Positions 13,198 through 23,849 of a stretch of DNA of 64,000 bases are shown here, piece after piece. This stretch comes from Eledone cirrhosa (taxonomy: Eukaryota). The notes below the pieces were generated by a model, which did not search any database, was not told where the DNA came from, and worked only from the letters and a program-made list of their open reading frames with translations. The stretch is taken from NCBI GenBank assembly GCA_964016885.1, contig OZ024740.1, forward strand, positions 101,308,001 to 101,372,000. Reading direction: 5' to 3'. Position numbers and translations under genes: made by a program. Within the stretch, counting starts at the first letter, position 1. Each line of letters starts with the position of its first letter.

Positions 13198-14323
13198 ATC
13201 ATCATCATCATCATCATCAACGTTTAACGTCCGTGTTCCACGCTTGCATGGGTTTGGACGGGGGTAGTCCCACTTGAGGCAAGAGTGATTGTCTTGCTCG
13301 CATAGGACTGTCTGGCAGGTTTTCTACAGTTGGATGCCCTTCCTAACACCAACCACATTTACAGTGTGGGTCTGGGAGGTTTTTACCGTGTTGCCTACAC
13401 GGCCACATTACAGCGTGGACTGTGTGTTTTTTTGTCGTGACACCTACACGATCTCATTTGTTTCGGCCTGGATGGCGCGGCACCAACATAACTTTACATA
13501 GAACGGGGTGGTGTGGATGGGGTGGTGGTGGTGGTGGTGGGACGGGGTGTATTTTGTTAGAGATGCCTACTGGCTGGAGTAGGTTTTACTATATATTTAG
13601 GTAAGGCGGGTCTTCTCTGTTACTAAGTACCGCCAAAGGTCTCGGTCCAGTGACATTGTCTTGGAGAGGTGTAAGTGTGTGATGTCAGAGTTTATCAGCT
13701 CGTCCCAGGTTTTTCTAGGTCTGCCTATTCCGTGACTACCGTCTATCTTTATGGCCCTGCACTTTGTTATACAGCTATCGACTTTCATGTGCATCACGTG
13801 TCCATACCAACGTAGCCTTCTCTCGAGTAAACAACATCTGATCCCTCTTATCTCTAATTTTTTCCTTAGTTCGTTTATGCTTTGCCGTTCACGTATATTA
13901 CTGTTACACATCCAGCGGAGCATGCAAGCTTCGTTCCTCTCTAGTCTGCGTATATCCTCTGCACACAATGCCCAGGTCTCACTGCCATGCAGCATTGCTG
14001 TTCGTATGCAGGCATCGTACAACCTGCCTTTCATTTTTAGGGAGAACCCTTTAGCAGCTAATAGTGGTATAAGCTCTCTGAACTTTTTCCAACCAGTTCT
14101 GACTCTAGCTACAGTACTTTCAGAGCACCCTCCCCCACTGCTGATTTTATCGCCCAGGTAACGGAAGCTGTCCACTATTTCTATAGAACCCTCTGCGCAA
14201 TTGAAAGAGCTAGTATTTTGTGGGCACTTGCTGCTACTTATTGCACCAGAACACCGGCCACATGTAAAATCTATGTTCTTAGTTAGCTTACCTGTGATCC
14301 CACTACATCTTTTATGCACCCAT
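13198..14323 (-). mobile_element. RTE family 2 copy, 5'-truncated (end of PHD finger, RT C-terminus, 3'UTR)
   Basis: ORF 13597-14319 is homologous to the family 1 C-terminus. (GAT)n tail. Nearly identical to 63092-64000. Confidence 0.92.
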
Positions 14324-15066
14324 ACTATATATTTAACATATCTATATATACCTACCTAAATAATTGACATACCTGTTGGCTTGTACATTTGTATATATAT
14401 TAGAATATGTTTGAAATACCATAGTGTTTAAAACGTTCACCCATTAACTGACTGAGCAGTCAGTACTGGTAGATTGAGTGAAAATATTGCTTTTATGTAG
14501 AAAAGTGATAGTGACTTCAACATTTTAGCTTGTGTCTATTGCAGTAGATTTGACTGGAACAAGCTACCCATACACTGTTTTCAAGCTACCCATACACTGT
14601 AACATACGAAATTGCTTTCTCTAACTTCATCATCATTTAGTCAGCATGTGTTTTCCTTTGTAGTATTTCAAGAAACTTTTCCTACAATAGACAGAAATCT
14701 ATTTTATGCTGATGATTATGATCTAGTTTCACATTAAGAAAGTAAGCTCCAGGAAATTAACGATAAATTTCCTGACACTTGTACTGTAAAAGAACTTCTG
14801 ATAGGTTTTTCTAGAGCAAAAGTGATGTGCGCACCTGTCTCTGGGAATCCTTTCTATGAACTGTCAATATTTGTATATGGCAGAAAACAGCATGTGGTTG
14901 AGCAGGTCGCTTACCTTGATGTACACTTTCATATTTTGCTAATTTAGATTAGGAAAATAGACAAGGCAAGCATGGATTTCAGTAGGCTAGAAGCTTGGGT
15001 GTGGTCACAAAGTGATATCCAGAAATGCACTAACTTACCATATATACTTGTATATAAGTTGAGAAA

Positions 15067-16014
15067 TCTATATATATAAAACTGTGGTTGTCTGTCTGTC
15101 TATCGATTTTTGGCACACATCTCCTCTTAGAATCTCTGACGGAATTGCACCGAAATTGCTATACTTGTACATTGAGCCCTAGCGAAGACATCGGAAAAAA
15201 AATATTTCAAATTGACCCACCCTATGTGACGAAATCGAATATAATGTATCGATTTTTGAGCGTAAGTTATCAGTTATTTCCCTTTGTTCTGTTTACATTG
15301 AGCGTCTTACGTAAAAAATTACGCTGGCTTTCTCAGCGTTTAAAATGACATTAACACAATACACGAACAGTTGTCGAGCCAGCAAAATATTGACCTGCAA
15401 AATTCATCAGTTCGAACACTAAGCTTCCGTTTTGCTTCATTTCCATTTAAAAGCATTTTAAAACAATATTTTTACTTGAAAACAAGTCTATTTAAAGACT
15501 ACGTAAAACAAGCAAATATTTCGTCGTTAGGCGTGCAGACAGACAGTCGTGCAGACAGACAGTCGTGCAGAGAGGTGATATACGCGTGCAGACAGATAGT
15601 CGTGCAGAGAGGTGATATAGGCGTGCAGACAGACAGTCGTGCAGAGAGGTGATATAGGCGTGCAGACAGACAGTCGTGCAGAGAGGTGATATAGGCGTGC
15701 AGACAGACATAACTGATAATTTGGTTACGCTAATGTTTTTCTCTGCGTTGCAGTGTTTACATTTTCGATCTTTGTTAATAAATAACCAGTGCAGTTTCTA
15801 TCCCCAGCATCCTCTTTTGTTATAACATTCGGGTTATCGTTATGTTTTCTTAACTTCATAAGGCATATTGTTGGTTGAGGGAATATTAATCAAAAACACC
15901 ACATGCAAGTCTGCACAGTAGACACTACAGTTTTTAAGCCAAGAAAGAAACTTAACATTGTAACTTTAACACAGCTACTGAGCGACCCCGAGCAACGCCG
16001 GGCTTTACTGCTAG
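15067..16014 (+). mobile_element. Non-autonomous Helitron
   Basis: 5' TC start (TCTATATATATAAAA) with nearby (GTCT)n; 3' GC hairpin CCCGAGCAACGCCGGG followed by terminal CTAG; inserted between A and T with no TSD. Confidence 0.85.
15529..15708. repeat. 37-bp GC-rich minisatellite inside the Helitron
   Basis: About 4.5 units of AGGCGTGCAGACAGACAGTCGTGCAGAGAGGTGATAT. Confidence 0.9.
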
Positions 16015-16799
16015 TATGTGATAAAAACATTGTTGATATTTGAGGTCAATATTTTGCTGATTTCCAGAATTTCAAAATTCTACATAAATAAGGTGCTAAA
16101 ATACTTTTGCTTTGGAGGTGAATATTATACCAATTTCATTTTCAACACGAAATTCATATTTCTTATTGTTTTTTTAGATATGTTTTGAATGATATGGCAT
16201 TCAAAATGTTTGGAAATTAGTAAAAAAAATCATTATGTAATGGAATTATGAAACAAAGACTATACTTTAAATGCCTCTTAATACATTTTAAACATCAAAA
16301 TGTTAAAACTTTATAAATATATTTTATACTCATAAAAATTTCAAAACCACACCATCTAAACATAATGTGTTGATTAGCTATCTCGACTTATAAACAGGGT
16401 TTGGATTTTTGTCTATTTCTCAGGCATAAAATAGGGGAGCTTCTTATATTCAGATTGAGAATATACCGTAAGTGTTTATGAAGACTGTATCATTGCAACA
16501 TTCTTTTTTACATGTGTGAATGATGGACGACACATCAAAGACATGTGTGACTGCTTGAATGTTTTCATAGAAATGTCAGATAAACTTTTTAGGTATATCA
16601 TGTAAGAGTATGGCTCCTAATATGATAATCCTTGTGTGATCCAAGAGTTCATCCTCATTATCTATCTGTTTTTTCATGCTTAATCATGAGGGAAACAGAA
16701 AGCAGGAGAGAATGAGAGAAAGAGAATAGGGAGGGAAGACAGAAGAAATAAAAGAAAAAGGGGAGTCACATGATAGCAGTTATTGAGGAATATTTATTT

Positions 16800-17630
16800 T
16801 TATTATTATACTTTGGGAGGGTCATGCTGCCAATAAAAACACACCCACCTGCTGGTTTTCACTTCAATTTATTACAAATTTCCAGTTGTTGGTTTTAATA
16901 ACCGGATAGTTATTTATTGTTGAAGCTCATTTGTCACACATTCTGTGACCTCCTCAGTGGCTAATTTGTTATTGTGTGTCTCTCCTTTGTTCTTTCCTAG
17001 ACCATCTTGTTTTTGTGAGCTGTTTACTTGAGTGGCACATGCATTATATCCAGACGTGTGTGTTTTTCTTTATTTATACATTTATTTACTTGTCACTAGC
17101 TGGTTGCTTGTTCTACCTGTGTGTGTCTGGTGTGTATTATTAGTTTGGTTCTTATGTCTCTCTGTATGTCTTTATCTTGTCCTTAATCACTAGTTGTGAT
17201 GTTGTTGCTATTCCACTTACGTTTTCTGTTTAATTTTGGTTGAAGTTCGTTTATGTTTGTCGCTTCTGTAATTTGTCAGAGCATTGTGTCTTTTCTGTGT
17301 GTGGACATGATCTTTATTTCTACGTTCTCTAGTGTGCCCCCATGTTATATTTTGGCATGTTGGTGGAGGGTTGATGAGTTCTTCCCATCTTGGAATTCTC
17401 GCTAGTGTTCACTTACCCTTTCTCCTATGCTAAAGGCTGTCTCACCTAAGTAAGTTGTGTTCCTATTCCTACACTGTCCCTCTGTACATCTTATACTATA
17501 TACTGTGTTCCTAGTTTTGCAGTTAATTTATTGGCTTGATTCGCAGACTATAAATTTCCTGTCAATGCAGGGTTTGTTTTTGTTTTCAAAAGATACGTTC
17601 TACTAATTAGAGCTTTTATGGGAAAACCTG
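16800..17630 (-). mobile_element. Penelope-like element 3' relic (GIY-YIG endonuclease + pLTR)
   Basis: Minus-strand translation of ~17355-17521 gives CKTRNTVYSIRCTEGQC..TYLGETAFSIGERVSEH*..SSTLHQH. Downstream lies a degenerate hammerhead core (CTGAGGA-gGTCACA..TGTGAC-AAA) at ~16921-16965. Confidence 0.8.
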
Positions 17631-19564
17631 TTTTTTTTAACTATCTTTAAATTTCAAATACATTATTCTATACTATATTATTTTTTTGTCCCTTAATCTC
17701 TACATATATCTATAAAATAGATATTTAAAAAGAGATATTTGGCTACTATATCTACCAACTCAAATGCTCACATAGCAGCATCCTTGCTAGCTTATCCATT
17801 GTTTTTGTTTGTTTAGTGTACATGTTTAACTGTATGTCTCTTTAGTGGCATCCACTCTTTTTGCAACATGTGGGCTAAGTTAGTAGATTGAGGACGACTT
17901 CCTTTATCCCAGGAGTCCTTGTGGTTTCCCTTCTTCCTCTGTATAATTCTTCAAAAATGTAAGAATATACAATAACTGCCTCATAATGTCTGAGTGTATT
18001 TTCATTGATAGCTCTAGTTTCACCCCATTTAATACCAAATGTCAAAAAAAAAAAACGGTCTTAAAATTATGCTACAAGCTTTGTTTTACTGAGTATATAT
18101 TTACAGCCCAGCTGCATTAAGTCACTGTCTTAATTTATTTCAATTCATAATTGAATCAAGATATGCAGTCTTAAGTGTTATGTTCTATTTACACCAATGT
18201 AGATTGAAAAGCATTTCATTCAATATACGGAAGTATATTTTACGTGTTTAAAACATGTAAAATACATATCCCAGGTTCTCGGAGAGATGGCATATGTATC
18301 AAAGTGATGATGCTGTTTGGCTCATTGCCATTATCATGCTGTGTCTGCTTACCAGCATTATTCTCTTGAGAGAACGTTGCTTACAGCTATACAAAATATT
18401 GTAAAGTTTATTGAGAAGAGTAAAGATGAGATAAAAGAATAACCATCACAAGTTAATGTTAATCAATCACATAATATAATAGAGGCTTAAAGAGGTGCCT
18501 GGCAGGAAAGCTATTTGGCATTGTTGCAAACTGAGTGGTGTTTGGGTTAGGGATTCTAAATGTTTGTACCAAAGTAACTTTTACTGAAAACTTTCAAAAA
18601 ATGTCTTCTTTAATATGACAGTAAAATCAAACTGTTTCAATGTCATGACATCATTGCCAATACTTTTGGTTGAAAGACTTACACAAAGGCAGCACTTTGG
18701 CATTTGATTGACAAAATATGACATATGACACATGATATTTTGGTATCAATGTTTGTACACACACACACACACACACATTCATATAATTTATCCCATATCA
18801 ATTTCCCAGTCTTTGACAGATTAATAAAGATATGATGAGTGCTACTATTTATCTTTATCATTATACAAGTTGTTAAAATAAAATAATCAATTTATTTATC
18901 TTGTAGGTTTCAGTATGTAAAGCCCAGGTTATCTTTGACTGAGCACACCTATTTATAATTAAAAACATTCAATTTATGACCACCCTGTTTCATTTTATTT
19001 TTCTGTGATATCTTGTATTATATAATTTAAAATAGATTTAGCTGCTACTTCTTTTAGGTTTCACAACCATGTAAAGACTGCCTTTATCACCATCTTCATA
19101 ATCATCATCATTTAACGTCTGTTTTCCTTGGATACAAGGTTTGGACAGATTGTCAAACATCGAGCCAGTACTTACTCAGATCAACTGACCTCTTTGACTG
19201 GCAAGGAAGCTTACATAGATTCCCACATTCTACAGAGTGCATTTTATTATGGCACCAGCACTAATGATGTTGTCACTCTTTGATAGATTGTCTCAAAACC
19301 ACATTCAATACTTGTAGCAATTTCTTATTCTAATAATGTCATTATAAAAAGCATGAACATCCTCCATTCACTGACACCTTGAAATCAAGGAAGGATTACT
19401 CATTGCTATATGTTCCACTATCATTGATCAGCTCCAACAGTTACCACACAATTACATGAGATAATTACTATTTATTTGTTTTCTTAATTTTTGTAAATAA
19501 ATATTATTAATTTATTATTAATATTATTTATACATTATTAATATTATTTACTTATAAACAATGG

Positions 19565-20400
19565 TAACATATTGGCAAAACCATTAGAGTATCAAAGAGA
19601 ATAATTTACAGCATTTATCTTCTGAGTTCAAATCCCATCCAAGGTTAACTTTGCTTTTATCTTTCCAGGTCAATAAATTAAAGTATCAATCAGATATTGG
19701 GGTGAATTTCAACACTTTCCCTCCACCAAATTTCTGGTCATAGGCCTAAGTTAGAAATCAGTGCAATAAAGTACCAGTAATGCACTGGGTAATTGCTGGC
19801 CTTGTGCCTTAAGTAGAAACAATTATTTATAAATAGCTTTCTAGCATAGTTATGTCCCTTTACGCTTTGAGTTCAAATCCCGCCGAGGTTAACTTTGCCT
19901 TTCATCCTTACGGGGTCGATAAAATAAAGTACCAGTAATGCACTGGGTAATTGCTGGCCTTGTGCCAAAAGTAGAAACAATTATTTATAAATATCAGGGC
20001 AGGGGATTAGCAGTATCAGTAGAGTGTCAGACAATATGCTTTGTGGTATATAGTTATGGACTTTTAAGTTCTGAGTTCAATCCCACCAAGGTTTGCTTTG
20101 CCTTATGGGGTCGATTATGCTATTTATGTCCCTTATGGGGTCGATAAAATAAAGTACCAATAATGCACTGGATTTGATTTGATCGATTTTCTCCTTCCCT
20201 TGAAATTTCTGGACCACTAGTTGCTAGAAAATGAGTGCATCTGTATATGTTTTTTTTGTTCCATGTATCATATTTTAGGCAGTCAATTTGGCCAAGTCAT
20301 TAGAGTTTTAGATACTTGTTACAGCTCTGCTCTGAGTTCAAATGTTGCTGAGAGCCACTTTTCATCCTTTCAGAATTGAAAAAGAAAGTACTAGACCAGT
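19565..20400 (+). mobile_element. Cluster of tRNA-derived SINEs (several copies and fragments)
   Basis: Repeated B-box GAGTTCAAATCC plus conserved body GAGGTTAACTTTGCCTTTCATCCTT..GGGGTCGATAAAATAAAGTACCAG; tail GTAGAAACAATTATT. Confidence 0.85.
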
Positions 20401-20972
20401 GCTGATGCCCCCATCTCCACTTCCATCACTCCATACTAGATGTTGAACTAGATTAAGTGTGGAAGAGTCAAGATGTTGTGTGTCTGCCCAATGTTTTTTT
20501 GTAAATTATTACTCAGTCCAGCACAGCAGTGCTGGAAAATCAAAGAAACACAAAGGGTGCTAGAAAATTAGCAGTGTTCCTATAATAAAAAGATTGACAT
20601 ATTTTTTTTTATGTAAGGGTAAATTAAGTCATTTATTTGAGACTATATGGTGTGAATTAACTTGGCAGTTAAATGTGTAAATATAATTTTGTTCGATTAT
20701 TAAATTCATCTTTAGAAGAGTTGAAAGATATTTTTTAATATTTACATCCAAAGAGCTTCATTTGATTTCATCTGCAATGGTCATCTTGTATCAAACTCCT
20801 GGGTGTTTACACAGAAATGCACTGGATTTAAATGAGAAATATTTTATTTCCCAGCTAAACATTCTTATGTTTATTCAACTAGTCCAATTATTAATATCTT
20901 CTATGGTTACAAATGCTTCATGTCACCAAGGACTCCATACTGTACTTTCAAAAAACCATTATTTCTCATAAT

Positions 20973-21047
20973 ACGGGGTCGATAAAATAAAGTACCAGTA
21001 ATGTACTGTGTAATTGCTGGCCTTGTGCCTAAAATAGAAACAATTAT
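20973..21047 (+). mobile_element. 5'-truncated SINE with 15-bp TSD
   Basis: ATTATTTCTCATAAT at 20958-20972 and 21043-21057. Confidence 0.85.
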
Positions 21048-21242
21048 TTCTCATAATGAACCAGTTCATTAGATATAAATATTTATAGTGCATTACAGTA
21101 TGATATATTTGAATGTGTGTTTAGGAAATTAGTATCAGTGTATATAAATATTATCAAGAATGACAATAAATGCAGGTGAGAGTTGTGACATGGTTTTACT
21201 TCACAGAAGTCAAATAAATTGTTATAAATAATTGTTACCATA

Positions 21243-21584
21243 TGTTGATGTTCAGGTGGTCATAACTCTCCAGACTGGAGTGTGTGGAGAAGAACAGAAA
21301 ATCTTCTCTTGGTAAGGTTCAAGTGTTTCTTTAGGTTGCTGGTGTTCTTCTTGGGTGCGAAGGTAGTGAAATAGGAGTTATCTCTTGACAAGGTCTCAGG
21401 TGTTCTTGTCCCTTCGAAGTTCAGGAGTAGAGTGTGTCTTATGGCTTGATTGTCCTTGACTATATAGTCTCCAGGGGGACACAACTCCGTTTAGTACATG
21501 TATCTGCCGCTGGGAGTCGCGCCCGTCACAGAGGGACGTAACTCTTATACGTGCTAGTCACATCCGTAGGGGGGGGGGGCTACA
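21243..21584. mobile_element. Possible solo LTR
   Basis: GC-richer non-coding island bounded by TGTTG...CTACA with a TATATA box. No TSD found. Confidence 0.3.
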
Positions 21585-22354
21585 TGTGTGTTGATAACTT
21601 AGTAACACGAAGTACACATCCTCCTGTAGTACCAAAGAAAACGATGAAAACAGAATAAAATAATTCATATGTTAAGGCAAAGTAGCAGCTTCTTATGCAG
21701 GTAAATGCACTGCTTTGTAAGTTGTTCACAAACTTGTATAGACTATACCCAGAGGGAGGGAGAAGGAGGAAGACATTCATACATATTAATTCTGACTGCA
21801 ACAGATTGGTAATAGAGCAGTTCTTTAGAAGTTAACTGGTAAAATGTAATTAAATGGTTGAGATGAGTTATTGTTAATAGTTAATATGGTTATATTTTCT
21901 CAGACATCTTTAAGAGATGAAACATTTAAAAAATATTTATATCCACACTGCATTGCAATTGAGTTAAGTACTGGAGATCAAACTGATAAAAACATAGAGA
22001 TGTAAATATAAAATAAAATGCTTTTTCTCCAAAGATGAAGTTTATAGTCCAAAAAATATCTTATTGGTAAAGTTTAAACTTAAAAAACACATCAGATTTT
22101 ATTAGAAACAGCAATTTACTTGAAGGTTACCAAACTATTTTATGACAGACATTTCTTGAAAGTAAATCAAAATTTTCGTTTGTAACTCATATCTTATATT
22201 TCATTGACTATCAATTGCATACCTTTTTAGAATGAGGATAAATATAACTTATTTAGGTTAAGCTAGCTCGATATGTAAATAAGCTTTCACTATGAATGCT
22301 TTGCTTACAAAATCCCACAAGATATTTCTTCTAAGCCTCAATATCTGGGTCTAA

Positions 22355-22689
22355 GAAAGCTAACAAAGACAAACTAATTATAATTACATGCCATATTCAT
22401 ATCTTACCCTGATGTCGAGGCAGATGTTACATGATTCTGACTTAATTAATCACAGAGAGACAAACTGTATGTATATTATACATAAAGATATTGAATATGG
22501 GTTCATATGTGCATTATTATTGAGGTTAATGCACATATGAACCCATATTCAATATCTTTATGTATAATATACATACAGTTTGTCTCTCTGTGATTAATTA
22601 AGTCAGAATCATGTAACATCTGCCTCAACATCAGGGTAAGATGATGAATATGGCATGTAATTATTATTAGTTTGTCTTTGTTAGCTTTC
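22355..22689. repeat. Long inverted duplication (hairpin) of local DNA
   Basis: Arms of ~162 bp (2 mismatches, 1 indel) around loop TTATTGAGGT at 22517-22526. Confidence 0.95.
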
Positions 22690-22880
22690 GGTGGATTGGC
22701 AGTATCGGTAGAGGATTGGATGCCATGCTTTGAAGCATAGAGTTACCTCCCTGTATGATCTGAGTTCAAATCCCGCCGAGGTTAACTTTGCCTTTCATCC
22801 TTCCGGGGTCGATAGAATAAAGTACCAGTAATGCATTGGATAATTGCTGGCCTTGTGCCAAAAGTAGAAACAATTATTAT
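22690..22880 (+). mobile_element. Near full-length tRNA-derived SINE
   Basis: A-box-like TGGCAGTATCGG, B box GAGTTCAAATCC, same body and tail as 19840-19985 and 30209-30398. Confidence 0.9.
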
Positions 22881-23849
22881 TGAGGTTAATGCTATTTATG
22901 TCCCGTTCAGATTCTTACATGTCAATTTAAGAGAAAATATGGATGCGGAGAGTAGAAACATTATCCTACTAATAATATTTTAATTGCAAACACATGCAAA
23001 CACATGTACACACTTGCACTCACATGTACACCCCTCCACATACAACCACACACATACATGAATGCTTATACAAGTACATACACATGGAATCATATACATT
23101 CATTTTCTGGAAGCTAGAACTCCACTTCATTGCTCTTATTTTCGAGTAAATGCTTAACCAATTTGATACCAAACTGTTAATAAGTGTCACTGATTCTATG
23201 ATATTAAGCTATTTATTCTAAAATAATTATATTCATCTAAAATCATTTTGTCATAACTTTATGTAAGACCATTTGTTATGTTATGTTTCAAACATCATCC
23301 TAATAATAAAAATGTTAGTTATAATACTAAATCCCCTGATTCCTTTCAAAATTATTTGGAAACTATACGCAGTGCATTCCATGAGAAATATCACCATGAA
23401 GAGTTAAATAAACTGACATATTTTGAGTAAATCTTCTTTTATATATGCACCAAAATACATACATACAGGTATTATGCATGTATGTATGTATGTGTGCGTG
23501 TGCATGTATTTCTGTCTGTCACTATGTATGCAGTGTCTTTCTCTTAATTTTAAGTTTATATTTTACCAGCCACCTCCCCAGTGGCAAGGTTGTAAAGAAA
23601 AGGAAATTTTCATCATCCCTAATGCAACCATTCATCCTTTGAATTGTAAGAATGCTATCCACATTTTGACGGTTCCAGATATGACAGCCATTTATAGCTT
23701 ATGAATTAAGGAGCTGCATTCTTTTCCCACAAATCCAAGTTCAATCATACTTTGGTCCTTACAGGTTGTAGCTGTAATAGGTATGAAACTGAGCATGTAT
23801 CTAGGGTATTGGATCTGTAAACAAACACATCAATGGTCAATATGTATCA

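Larger units (their letters stand above)
15036..16470. mobile_element. Old TA-flanked MITE-like DNA transposon hosting the Helitron
   Basis: Diverged terminal inverted repeats TACCATATATACTTGTATATAAG ... CTTATATT..GAGAATATACCGTA. It interrupts the LINE relic. Confidence 0.4.
14640..16620 (+). pseudogene. Old RTE-like RT relic split by nested DNA-element insertions
   Basis: FYADD at ~14703 and an F-RL---VW motif near 14980. The degraded frame resumes after 16470 (VY--C motif). Confidence 0.5.

Noticed and set aside
15529-15708. 37-bp repeats resembling a CRISPR array
   Set aside because: Tandem units with no unique spacers, no cas genes, eukaryotic context.
18275-18404. Possible exon encoding a hydrophobic segment (AVWLIAIIMLCLLTSIILL)
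   Set aside because: Weak acceptor, no recognisable homology, short enough to be chance.
22355-22689. Hammerhead or MITE identity for this palindrome
   Set aside because: No CUGANGA/GAAA core in either arm. It is better explained by the SINE-associated TSD geometry.
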